Below are positions 49,658-62,085 of a stretch of DNA of 64,000 nt, piece after piece. The DNA is taken from the NCBI RefSeq assembly GCF_006345805.1, contig NC_042999.1:50716001-50780000 (forward strand). The letters run 5' to 3'. The stretch comes from Octopus sinensis. Lineage: Eukaryota. Both the position numbers and the translations under genes were made by a program. Below the pieces are notes generated by a model. That model worked only from the letters and a program-made list of their open reading frames with translations. It was not told the DNA's origin and searched no databases. Position 1 is the first letter of the stretch, and the number at the start of each line of letters is the position of its first letter.

Positions 49658-49759
49658 ATTCCTTGAGCTACAGGGTGATAGGAAATGTGGAACAGGCCAG
49701 ATGGTTTTTGATTCATGAAAATATTGAAACTGAAAGTAAAGAGAACAGGATTGCACAAG
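49658..49759 (+). CDS. Candidate internal exon (SLSYRVIGNVEQARWFLIHENIETESKENRIAQ), phase 1-1
   Basis: Pyrimidine tract ...ttttgctcttctcttgag|, single open frame, AAG|GTACTG donor; phase-compatible acceptor at 49935. Confidence 0.35.
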
Positions 49760-51594
49760 GTACTGTATTTTAGTAGCTACTGTAAAAAGAAGTCTTATTC
49801 ATTCACTTCAGAAAGCCTCAGTCAGTCACGATTGAGAATGCATTTGCACAATATGTGCAGGCTTGGGCATGATTTTTTTTTAGGAAGATTGGTAGTTGCC
49901 TATGTATGCAAGTCTCCTCTCTCTCCACACCACAGATGTTTACCCAAGAAAAAGACAACGACATAGGCCAGTGCAGCTTGGTACCAGTGTTGTTGCAGAC
50001 ATGAATGATGAAATGCAAAGCACTAGAATGGATACTGCAAGGAATCTCTACCATTTCTGCCAATCGACCACTCTTGATTGATAGATCTTTATTAATACTT
50101 GAAGTGAGATTCAGAAGGCATCTTGCTCAACCCTTTAACATTTCTGCCAATCCACTGCTCTGGATTGGTTCTGAAAAGCTAAAAGGCAAAGTTGACCTCG
50201 GTAGGGTTTGAACTCAGGGCTCAGAGACTCAGAACAAATACCATAAAACATTTTATCCAATGCTCAAACAAATCAGACAGTTTATCAATACGTTGTATTA
50301 ATAATAAATCCAATACTTGAGAACACTTGAGATTACCTCATTAATATATCCAATACCTAAGAATTCTTGCATACAATTAATATATCCAATACTTGAGAAT
50401 AATACAACAGACTTCATTGATAAATACAACCCTGGGAAGCAATATATCCTCATCACCATCATCTTCATCACCCATCATTTTTATATCTATTTCTCCATGT
50501 TGGTATGGGTAGGATGAGACTTCTTGAAGTAGTATTTGTCAAGTAGATGCTCTTAGAGATGTTAACCCTTGTTTTCAGTTCAGTTGTTTTATTCCATATT
50601 TTTGCATACCAAACCACTGCCAGACAGTTTGTCTATAAAACACACCAATAGCAGCACTATTGACAAATTCACACACATACACAAACATATTTATATGCAA
50701 CAAACTTCCATACAGTCATAAGGTACTGGTCAACTCAAGGCTGTAGTAAAAAAAAATGATATATGTTAAAGTGCCCTGCAGTGGGATGGATCCCAAAACC
50801 ACATGCCTGCAAAATAAACGTCTTAAACATTCAGCCACGAATATCAATTTATCCAACACTTGGGAACAATGAGATCCTTACAAACTTTTCAGGATTATAC
50901 TGTGTGCTGTAGGTCAGAGTCCACTGTTATATACTGCTAATATATACAGCTAGCAGTGAGTTGGCAGAATTGTTAGCACACTGGGTGAAATGCTTAGTGG
51001 TATTCCATCCATCTTTACGTTCTGGGTTCAAATTCTGCTGAGGCCAATTTTGTCTTTCATCCTTGCAGAGTCAATAAAATAAGTACCAGTTGAACACTGG
51101 AGTCAATGTAATTGACTTAACTACTCCTGGATATGAGTATAATAACTGTACCCCTCTACCAAGCCATATCGATCCAGTGTTACAGAGTAGGCCCATCAAA
51201 CCAGTATGCTTTCAAGATCAAGCTCACAGCCTTCACATCAGGCCATAGTTGGGGAGAGAAAGTGTCGAGGACTTTGTCCTGCAGGAAACAGAACATGGGC
51301 AATCCAACCCAATCCAATATACTGATGTTGTATAGCACTGCACTATACCATAACCTATACTTTTACAACGTTCATAATAAAATTCCATATAATTTACAAC
51401 ATTTCATTTTCTTCCTCAAGATGTTATTATTATTTACAGTGATGATGTGTTAAATCACTAACAGATTAAAATTATTACCCAAGAAAAGATGGTCACTCTG
51501 AACAAATTCTATACAGTTTCCATTCACCAATGCTATCAAGAAGAAACCTCAAGTTTCCTCCCAAAAAAATCTAATGTTTCTTTCATATAGTTTT

Positions 51595-52105
51595 AGGCAC
51601 AGATATGGCTGCGGGGCTTCACACTGCATGGCCACTATAACTCCAGGCCAACCAAAGCCTTGTGAGTGGATTTGGTAGATGAAAACTGAAAAAGGTCTGT
51701 CGTATATATATATATCATCATATCATCATCATTGTTTAATCTCCGCTTTCCATGCTGGCATGGGTTGGATGATTTGACTGAGGACTGGCAAACCAGATGG
51801 CTGCACCAGGCTCCAATCTTGATCTGGCAGAGTTTCTACAGCTGGATGCCCTTCCTAACACCAACCGCTCTGAGAGTGTAGTGGGTGCTTTTACATGCCA
51901 CCTGCACAAGGGCCAGTCAGGCGGTACTGGCAACGGCCAAGCTCAAATGGTGTTTTTTACATGCCACCTGCACAGGAGCCAGTCCACCAGCACAAGTGCT
52001 AGTAAGGCGACACTGGTAACAATCACACTTGAATGGTGCTTTTTATGTGCTGCTGGCATGGAAGCCAGTTAGCTGCTCTGGCAATGATCACACTCGGATG
52101 GTGCT

Positions 52106-52140
<35 letters not shown>

Positions 52141-52365
52141 CATACATGTCTGTGTTTGTCTCACACCATTGCTTGGCAACCAGTGTTGATGTGTAGATGT
52201 CCCTGTAACTTAGCAGTTTAGCAAAAGAGACCAATAGAATAAATACCAGGCTTAAAAAAAGGAAAGAGGACTGTGGTTGATGCATTTGACTAAATTTCTG
52301 CAAGGTGATGCCCCAGCATGGCCATGGTCTGATGACTGAAATGAGTAAAAAATAAAAGATAATAA
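51595..52365 (+). mobile_element. SINE family A with RTE 3' end (minus, 51715-52105) nested in its microsatellite
   Basis: 5' half to 51710, (CAT)n-led insert, 3' half at 52145-52365. Confidence 0.75.
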
Positions 52366-52436
52366 ATAGTTATAGAAAGAGATAAAGTGAAGAGAATGGG
52401 AAGAGAGAGAGAGAAAGACTCTTTCTCATAGATCTA

Positions 52437-53001
52437 TTGGGTTGTCCGGAAAGTTCATGCCGATTTATAGTAGCTTTCCTTTCGACTTATTTTAGAACAT
52501 GGTTGAGTCCATAAAATAGGATTTGAGTACACCTCCATTTAGAGCACAGTTTAAGCTATTTTTTCATGGAAGAAGGTTTATGTTCCTATAACATGTGTTA
52601 ATTCTGTAACCTTTTAAAATGGAAGATAAGAAAGTTCATTTTCGATACTTGATGCTTTGGGAACCACATAAAAATTGTTGCAGCTCGGCTGGGATGTGTT
52701 ACCCCATCCTCCATATTCACCAGATATTGCTCCCTCAGATTTCCACTTATTCAGGTCTCTGCAGAATAGTCTTAATGGTAAAAATTTCAGTTCCTTGGCT
52801 GATGTAAAAAATACCTTGATGAATTCTTTGCCATGAAACCACCTCAGTTCTGGGGAGAGGGTATTTTCAAGTTAAAGGAAAGACGGAGACGCACTGTGCA
52901 ACAAAATGGTTCATATTTGGTTGATTAAAAATGTAATGGCAAGTATTTATTAACTTTTTTCTTTCCTTTAAAAATCAGCACGAACTTTCTGGACAACCCA
53001 A
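52437..53001 (+). mobile_element. Internally deleted mariner element
   Basis: TIRs ttgggttgtccggaaagttc / gaactttctggacaacccaa with TA TSD; MEDKKVHFRYLML fused to LGWDVLPHPPYSPDIAPSDFHLFRSLQNSL...NGSYLVD*. Confidence 0.92.
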
Positions 53002-53375
53002 TATATCCACAAGGTGGCCAGTTAGTAGAGTCTTTAAAGCCTGGAAATATTGTTTTGTGGTCATCTTTCGAGTTCTCTTTGCTTTGAGTTCAAATCCTGT
53101 TGCAGTCAACTTGGCTTTGCATCCTTTCAGTTCAGATAAATAAGATACCAATCTTCTTGTACTACCTTCAATTCTTCTCTTTCTCTTTGTTTGTTTGATT
53201 GTTTGTCTGTTTTCTCTCATTCTCTCTCTCTCTCTATTTATTTCTCTCCATCCCTCTTTCTTACAGTTATCTACTATGGTCAGAACTACAGAGAGAAGGA
53301 CTCCACCTAAGTCCAAAAATATCCCAAGACACTCTGTGTCAAAACAGCATCCTTACAATAATATTAAGGACTTGA

Positions 53376-53589
53376 AAGCCGGCAAGCTGGCAGAAACATT
53401 AGCCCACTGGGCGAAATGCTTAGCAGTATTTCATCTGTTTACGTTCTGAGTTCAAATTCCCTAAGGTCAACTTTGCCTTTCATCCTTTCGGGATTGATAA
53501 ATTAAGTACCAGTTGTGTACTGGGGTCGATTTAATTGACTGGCCCCCTTTCCACAAAAATTTTGGGCCTTGTGCCTAGAGTAGAAAAGG
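53376..53589 (+). mobile_element. SINE family B with 15-bp TSD
   Basis: atattaaggacttga (53361-53375) / atatcaaggacttga (53590-53604). Confidence 0.85.
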
Positions 53590-54504
53590 ATATCAAGGAC
53601 TTGAGGGCCTGAAGTAAAACAAGGCATATATGTGTGTGTGTGTGTATATATATGTATGATGTATATGAACTTATGTGTGTGTGTGTTGTAATTATTGTTG
53701 TTATTCAGTTCCCAGGTAAAACTTGATCAAGCAGAGGCATTCAAATTGGACCCATCCTATCTTTTAGATGTATGCTTAGCATTACATTATCTAATGTACC
53801 TTTCATTATTCAAGATATGAGGAGGACTTGTTTGCTATTTCTAGCAGGTTGTGTGACCACATACAGGCCTCCTTGTTGACTCTGAAGTGCATCGTCTCTT
53901 TACATGTATATGTTTACACATTAGAGAATGAAACACAACAAGACCATTAGGGATGGTGTGTACTGATTAAAAAAAGGAGCTAAAGACACTAAGAGAAAAA
54001 CGCTAACACAAACATCTATATATTTACTAAGACACATGGTTGAAAAAGCAGAAATATACCACTTGTAAAGCTTATCACAACAACAGAAGAGAAAACCAAT
54101 TAAAATGAAATTGGTGTCCTTTGAAGAAAAATTCTTCAATTACAATTTTCTGGCATCCATATTTTCAAAGGAAACGGAAATATTTATTGCAAAAAAATAT
54201 GAAAATATTGGTCCTACGTATTTTTTTTTTTTATTTTGCTTGTTTTTTTTTTTTTGTTTTTATGTTTACAGCTGCTAGCAACACAACTCAAACATTTTAA
54301 CTATACATCTTGCTGACAATTAACACACTCTACAGATCTACAAACATTAATATAAATATATATGTATATATCATATATACACACACACACATAGTACTAT
54401 ATAGAACATTTCTATACACATAGAACTGTTCTGTTTGTCAACTTGACAATCAATAATTTAACTGCTTTGTATCCACAAATTTTAGTATCATTTAGTTAAA
54501 TTAT

Positions 54505-54536
<32 letters not shown>

Positions 54537-56219
54537 TGATAAAATTGGTAAGACAACAAAAGAATGAAAGAGACCTCGATATTATGTAAATAGAGGACGT
54601 GGGCATGGCTATGTGGTTAGGGAGCTTGCTTCCAAGCTATATGGTTTCGGGTTCAGTCCCACTGCGTGGCACTTTGGGTAGGTGTCTTTCACTATAGCCC
54701 CGAGCTGACCGGAGCTTTGTGATTGAATTCGGTAGGTGGAAGTTACTGCCGTGTGTGTATATGTGCGTGTAGGTGCTTGTGCCTCTCCGAAAGAGAATTT
54801 ATCTGTAAATGTGACAATTATTCGGTAACCATGTTTTATCATGGCTACCGAATAATTGTCACATATTACATATATATATATAAAATTAAGATTCAAAAAC
54901 TCATTCTGCCACAGATATGACAAAAGAAATAATGTCAATATTTTGAGCTCCGTTATTGATGTGAATATGTTAAGGAAATAGTTGTATCCCTTATATTTGA
55001 AGTCTATGCTGTCATCTGACGAGAACGGTTTCTTTCAAATGATGTCATGTTTTCATTGATCAATTAAAGGAGTTACTTGAAACGGCAGTAATGAATTGAC
55101 ACCAGTACATCTTTGTTACTCATTTATAGATATATGTGCATGTATGTGCATGTATGTATATATATATATATACACACACATACATAGTGTATGTGTGTGT
55201 GTATTTGTTCATTAATTTTTTTATGTTGATTTTTACCAACTAAGCATAAGATAAATAGTTATTGAGGCATTGCTTTACAAGTGGACAGTCTACTTGTTGC
55301 TAAACCTTACATGCTTCTCAAGTGAGAGATATCTTATACCTTGTGTCTTTGAAAAATGCTAAACCAGTGGACAACATATTTGGCTAGGAGAAATAACAAT
55401 AAAATCACCACCAGTGGCTGAGTGATTTTCAGGAAAGCACAAATGTCAAAGCAAATACACACTCATTCACTCTATCTGTTGGCCTCCCCCACTCTCTCTC
55501 TCATTTTCAATCTCTATCTCAAACACACATACATGCACATATACATATATATATATGTATCGTCCAACCCGTGCTAGCGCGGAAAACGGACGTTAAACGA
55601 TGATGATGATGATGATGATGTGTGTGTGTGTATACACACATACATACATACACATATGTATGTATGCATATGTGTATGTGTGTACATGTGTGCATATGTG
55701 TTTTACTCTTTGATTAGCCCCAGGTTAGCTTTGAGAGAGCAGAACAATCACCAAAGGCATTCCATTCATGGCCATCTCATCCATCCATATTTTGAGCATT
55801 TTTTTATTGACAACTACATTATTCAATGTATCCAAATCAATTCAAAACAGAATGGAGCAATTTCAAGGCGATCTGGCTGCTATTTCTAACAAATTCAGCA
55901 GCCACATCGATGCTCACTCATTGGTTTATATGACTTTGTATGTGATAAACTAGAACAATATTCACCAGCATGTATCTGACCAGCTTAGACAAATAACTAT
56001 TTAGGAAAACAAACAAAAGAAAGCAGGATTGGTCCAAAGGATTATTAAGTTCTGAAGAAGTAAGAGTTGTGTAATGTTTATGGGGTATTGAATAATTGAT
56101 GTAAATATTTTGGAAGAAGTCCAGACTACAAGCAAAATAATATATAGTCATAAATATATATTGCAGGGAATATGTATACAGTTATGACACACATAAATGA
56201 AAGCTAATAATGTAAAGCA

Positions 56220-56379
56220 TTATCATCAGTCATCATTATCATCATCGGTATTACTGTTATCATCATCATCATCATCATCGTTGATGTTGCCATCGTCATC
56301 ATCATCACTATCATCATCATCGTCATCATCACCATTGTCATCATCCTTATCATCACTGCCATCATCATCATCACCCCTG

Positions 56380-56416
<37 letters not shown>

Positions 56417-56480
56417 GGTCATCATCATCATCATTGTCATCATCATCGTCACTGTCATCACCATCATCATCATCGTCACA
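56220..56480. repeat. Degenerate (CAT)n microsatellite next to a SINE A 5' half (56485-56635, minus)
   Basis: Direct inspection. Confidence 0.9.
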
Positions 56481-57962
56481 CACACCAGGTTTCTTTCAGT
56501 ATCCATCTACCACATCCACTCACAAGACTTTGAGTGTCCCAAAGCTATAGTAGAAAACACTTGCCCAAAGTGCCATGCAGTGGGACTGAACCAGAACCAT
56601 GTTGTTGGGAAGCAAGCTTCTTACCACACCTGCACATATGTTTTATTTTATGCTTCAATGTTCTATTCTGACAATAAAGCAACTTTAAATCTATTACATA
56701 ATATATATTTAGTACACACACATAGATATATGTATATGTATGTGTACATGAATGTGTGCATGTGTCAATATGACATAGTTGTTTGCGATCTTCACAGGAT
56801 GACGTAACCTTCTTACCATGTCCAACAACATGACAATTTATGACACAGGACCCAGATGAGGTCCCTTGAGTCCTCATCTCCATCTTGATTCATTAATAAA
56901 TAACCAAATCAGTTTGTTTTTGCTTTCAAGCTGGGTGTGCCACATCACATTTTAAGTTCTATTATAGATCAGTGTGATATTTAAGACATCTAAAATTCTC
57001 TGTAAAAATAAATATACACAAAATATTATGCTTTTTATTTTCCTCATTGGTTGTGGTCTGGATGAAAAAAAGAAAGCATAGTTAATATGCCTATCCTTGA
57101 AGAGCTATGAAAGATCAACTTAGTTCATTTTAACCGAATATTTAGCTATTTTTTAAGCATTTTACATTGTTCTTCACATGCATTAAGTGTATTAAACTCT
57201 TTCAGCTCAATCTCTTATTGAAAAGTTTTGCTAAGACACAAGCATGGCTGTGTGGTAAGAAGTTTGCTTCCCAACCACAAGATTTTGGGTTCAATCCCAC
57301 TGTGTAGCACCTTGGGCAAGCAATTGCTAGATAGCTGTTGATCCCACATTCAGTTCATATGTCCTTTTGACAGACATTCATTTTGTCTCACTCAGTTCCT
57401 ACCAACTTTCCCTTGGTAGAGAAGTCAATTCCATCACTGATAACCCAACTATGCCATAGCTTGTACTGCACTAAATGTTAACACAAGCACTCATAAATGA
57501 CCTTAAAATCTCAAAATCAAAACAATAATTTAAGGTTACTTTCAAAACTCTGTAATAGTACTAAAAGTATTTCAACTAACTACTTAACGTATGCATTATA
57601 CTGTTTTGATTAATGCTTAGTGTGATCATGTGCATATTTGTGAAGTTTCTTTATTTTTCCCAATACACATAACTCCCCACAGGTATTTATGCACCTTCAA
57701 TTACCCCCAATATTAAAACGCTTCCCCACCGCTGACATAAAAATTTCTCTCTGTTCATTTACACATTGTAGGTGCATAATGTCACCGCATGAATTTTCTC
57801 CCCTGTAGTAACAGGACAGTGGCAGGGGAAACAATTCTAGAGAAAATGCAGTGCGCTAAAGGTTAAGATGAAACATGAGAGCTCAAAGAACAATGTTTGT
57901 TATGACACTTTATGTTTCAATGTTGTATTCTGGCAATGAAACAACTTTAAATCTATTACACA

Positions 57963-58342
57963 CTAGCAGTATCGCCCGGCGTTGCTCAGGTTTGTAAGGG
58001 AAATAACTATAAAGCATTTTTAGAGAGTTATAGCCAAAAAATAGCAAAAAAATGGAAAAAAATGATGGTAAATTTTTTTGAGTTAAAAAAGGTGGAGTTG
58101 CGTCCCCTAGACGGTCTGTGGTTTGGGTTTCTGATTCTCGACCCCATGTCGAATTTATCGATTTTTTTCAGAACTGGGGGAACTTTTCAAAATTTTCGCT
58201 GCGTTAGTTTTGAATTATGACATTGGGCTATGTGTGTGTCAAGTTTCATCAGAATCGGTTGAAAGCCGTGGTCAGAGTGAGGGTACGAGAAAACAGACAC
58301 ACAGAAAATGCACAGACAAACTGCCGTTTATATAGAGAGAGA
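57963..58342 (-). mobile_element. Non-autonomous Helitron, near-identical to 25568-25950
   Basis: A|TC...CTAG|T on the minus strand. Confidence 0.8.
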
Positions 58343-58819
58343 TATATATTAAACACACATATATGCATATGTGTGTGCATGTGTCAATATGACATAGTTG
58401 TTTGCTATCTTCACAGGATGACCTAACCTTCTCACCATGTCCAACAACAGAAAATTTATTAATGACATAGGACCCAGATGAGGTCCCTTGAGTCCTCATC
58501 TACATCTTGTTTCATAAATAAATAACCAAATCAGTTTGTTTTTGCTTTCAAGCTGGGTGTGCCATATCACATTTTAAATTCTATTATAGATCACTGTGAT
58601 ATTTAAGACATTTAAAATGTTGTATATAAATAAATATACACAAAAAATTATGTTTTGCCATTGCTTGTGGTCTAGATGGAAAATAAATATATAGTTCATG
58701 TGCCTAATTTTAACCAAATATTTAGCTATTTTTTAAGCATTTTACATAGTTCTTTACAGTCTTTACAGGTATTAAATTCTTTTAGCTCAGTCTTTTGTTA
58801 AGAGGTTTTACTAAGTGAG

Positions 58820-58959
58820 AGGCATGGCTGTGTTTGCTTGCCAATCACATGGTTCTTAGTTCAGTCCCACTGTGTGGCACCTTGGGCAAGTGTCTTTCAC
58901 CATAGTCTCAGGCCTACTGCCTTGTGAGTGGTTCTGGTAGAAGGAAACTGAAAGAAGCT

Positions 58960-59002
<43 letters not shown>

Positions 59003-59452
59003 AGGGGATACTGAAAAGTTCTTGGCTTTAAGGGTTTCATAAAAAGCCTGGCTAGAGGCCCAACTTTCAGAGTTCTTTTACAGGGCTTTAGAAAAACTAA
59101 AGGACCACTACAATAATTGTATAAATCTGAGAAGGAAATATGTTGAATAAAATCATAATTAACTAATCCTTTTGTATTTTCTTTTACCCAAAGCCAGAAA
59201 CATTTCAGTAACCACCTCAAATATGTTTGTGTGTTTGTCTTAGTGTTTTTCTCCCACCTCCACTTGACAACTAGTATTGGTTTGTTTATGTCCCTGTAAC
59301 TTAGTGGTTTGACAATAAGTGACCAATAGAATAAGTACCTGAGTTTTAAAAATATGTTCTGACATAGATTTGTTTGGCTAAATCCTTGAACGCCATACCC
59401 CCCCCCCCCACCAGCATGGCTGCAGTCTAATGACTGAAACAAGTAAAAGATA
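58820..59452 (+). mobile_element. SINE family A with a mariner-type MITE (about 59002-59220) in its microsatellite
   Basis: Imperfect TIRs aaggggatactgaaaagttcttggcttt / aaagccagaaacatttcagtaaccacctc. Confidence 0.7.
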
Positions 59453-59719
59453 AAACATTCACTATATCAGTAGATTTTGTTTTAGCATGTGGTTGGCAGT
59501 GGATACATACTCCTGAGAAAGCCCAATGAGACAGAAAAGTGGATCAAGTATTCTCACTAGCAATGCTGGATGATTCTTTTACCCAAAACAGATATATTTG
59601 TGTCTTTAAATACATTATATCCATTATACATATTATCTCTGAATGAAGACCACATTTTATTTGGTTTTATGCAATACATCTGCATTAAGTGTTGGATACA
59701 CAGATGTTGTGTGTGTATG

Positions 59720-59762
<43 letters not shown>

Positions 59763-60155
59763 TATATACATTATATTATTCTTGTAATTTACTTAATCTT
59801 TACTTTTTAATTGTTATTTTAATTTTAATATTTCTATTATATGTAATTTTCTAGATGGTGTAATTTAATTTTTCATTTTGAATTGATAAAAGGTGTTTTT
59901 TTCCCTAATATTTTATATATATTATATTGTGTGGAATTTGATTTAGTATTTCTAAATTGAATTCTTTTCCTTGTAAGTTTGGATTTTATTCCTCAAATAA
60001 TAATTATTTTATATATATATATATAATATATATATATAATATATATATATATATATAATATATATACAGCAACTGAAATATAAAGGTTTTTTAAAAACTT
60101 TTTCATTGTTAGAAGCTTTCCTTATTTCTCATTTCATTCACACACACACACACAC

Positions 60156-60480
60156 CATGGCTCAGTGGTTAGAGCATTGGGATCACAATCATAAGGTAGT
60201 GAGTTCAATTCCCAGACTGAGCTACGAGTTGTGTTCTTGAGCAAGACACTTTATTTCACATTGATCCCATTCACTCGGCTGTAGAAATTAGTTTTGACAT
60301 CACTGGTGCCAAGTTGTATCAACCTTTGACTTAGCTTTGGACAACATTGGTGATGTGGAAAGGAGAGCCTGGTATATATGCATGGACAACTACTGGTCTT
60401 CTATAAACAACCTTGCCAGACTTGTGTCTCAGAGGGTAACTATCTAGGTGCAATTTCATGGTCATTCATAACCGAACAGT
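60156..60480 (+). mobile_element. tRNA-derived SINE (family E; degenerate copy at about 11480-11800)
   Basis: A box tggctcagtgg, B box gagttcaattccc, gtgttcttgagcaagacact core, body shared with 11590-11800. Confidence 0.75.
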
Positions 60481-60665
60481 GCCTTAACCCTTATATGATA
60501 GTCTTGTAACTCCACTTTCTTTTATTTGTCCGCTCACTTGTGTGGAATGTAAAAAGCTAAAAATATTTATGAGATATTTTGTTTGATAATCTGATCATGC
60601 CAATTAGCTACTGGTCTGGAAAAGTTAATTCTGTACAGCATTCAAATTATTTCTTATTTTTTAAG

Positions 60666-60732
60666 GCATGGTCAAAGAAGGGAAAGTCTAATTCATGGTC
60701 CCGTTATTTACAAGGGATCTAAAACTGGCAAG
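60666..60732 (+). CDS. Candidate internal exon (HGQRRESLIHGPVIYKGSKTGK), phase 2-0
   Basis: Acceptor ttatttcttattttttaag| and consensus donor AAG|GTAAGA; exactly one frame open. Confidence 0.5.
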
Positions 60733-60852
60733 GTAAGAAAAGAAGAAACCACAGGTGTTGCCACAGTAGGAACTAGTGCATATCAAGATAATGGTTTATC
60801 CTAAGACCAGACTTGGTTCAAAAGCTTTTAAACAGGTGGGCATCCTTTAAAG

Positions 60853-62085
60853 CAGTGTTTCCCAACCTATTTTCCCCAAGACCCCACCATAACTTTCCAG
60901 AAAAACGTATACCCCCCTGCTAGTGGGAAAAAGGACTTTATTTTTAATGTATTATCACATTAGAATAGTGCTATACTGTAGCAAACAATCTTCACAGAGT
61001 ATTAGGTCTGATCAATAAGTATCCGGACTGTTGCCATAGTAACGAAGCTAAAGCATATAGAGTGAAGCTGCTTGGCACAGATTGACCTTAAACTCTGCTG
61101 TACATATGCACTAAGTTTTAACATTCTAGCTCACTTCTGCTGATTGCAGCAGAGCTTGGAAGGAAGGCATGTAGCATGTGATTGTCACATTGACCATGAC
61201 AGGAAAAGTTGTTATGGTGATACCTGCTCAGGAGCCTACACAAAGTTGCAAAAAGTTTATGGAGAGGAGAGTATGAGCTGTACATATGTGTACAAGTGGG
61301 TAAGACGTTTTCAAGATGGCCAAAAAAATGTCAATATTGACGAACGTTCCGGGAGACCTGCAACCAGCAGAACTGAGAAAAACATCGCAGATGTGTGTGC
61401 AACTGTGAGGGGAAATCATTGCATCACTATCTGTGAATTATCAGAGGATGTGCAGATTAGATTCAGTTCAGTTCAGTCCATTATCACTGAAGATTTGGGT
61501 ATGAGATGCATGTCTGCCAAGTTTATGCCATAACTTCTTTCAGCTGACCAAAAAGACACTCAGGTTTCAGTTGCACAAGATCTCCTTGATTGTGTTAAGA
61601 ACAATGAAAACATTTCAAAAACTTTGCATAGGCCTCTGAGCAGGTATTGCCAAGCTTTTGGCAATATTTGATGCAAATTTTCTAATCAACTTTGTCTGTC
61701 ATGGTCAATGTGAAGATCACATGCAACACACCTTCCTTCCAAGCACTGCTGTAAACAGTGGAAGTGAGCCAGAATGTTAAAACTTAGTGTGCATATACAG
61801 CAGAGTTCAAGGTCAATTTGTGCTAAGCAGCTTCACCCTGCATGCTTTAGCTTCGTTACTATGGCAACAGTCCAGATAGTTATTGATCAGACCTCATATA
61901 TGCTTGGCTGGAGGGAGTGGTTTGGTTAGGCTTAGCATAGGTGTAGTATGCTTGCTGTGAAAGAAAGATTTTCACATTTCCATGTCCCACAAAAAAAAAG
62001 AAAAGGAAAAATTTAGATCCCACACCCCACCACAATTTTCCCAGGCCCCACCAGTGGGGTGCATGCCCCACATTGGGTATCACTG
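60853..62085. mobile_element. hAT-type MITE hosting a nested mariner derivative
   Basis: Ends cagtgtttcccaac / attgggtatcactg; 8-bp TSD ctttaaag / atttaaag. Confidence 0.75.
61002..61896 (+). mobile_element. Mariner fold-back derivative made of two inverted left ends
   Basis: TA-flanked ttaggtctgatcaataa / ttattgatcagacctca; N-terminal HTH peptide YGEESMS..VYKWVRRFQDG..DERSGRP..TI.EL..LGMR..AKFMP; no DDD catalytic domain. Confidence 0.88.

Noticed and set aside
56197-56550. Poly-Ser / poly-Asp / poly-Met ORFs
   Set aside because: A (CAT)n tract open in several frames, at the microsatellite position of a SINE A; no splice or start support.
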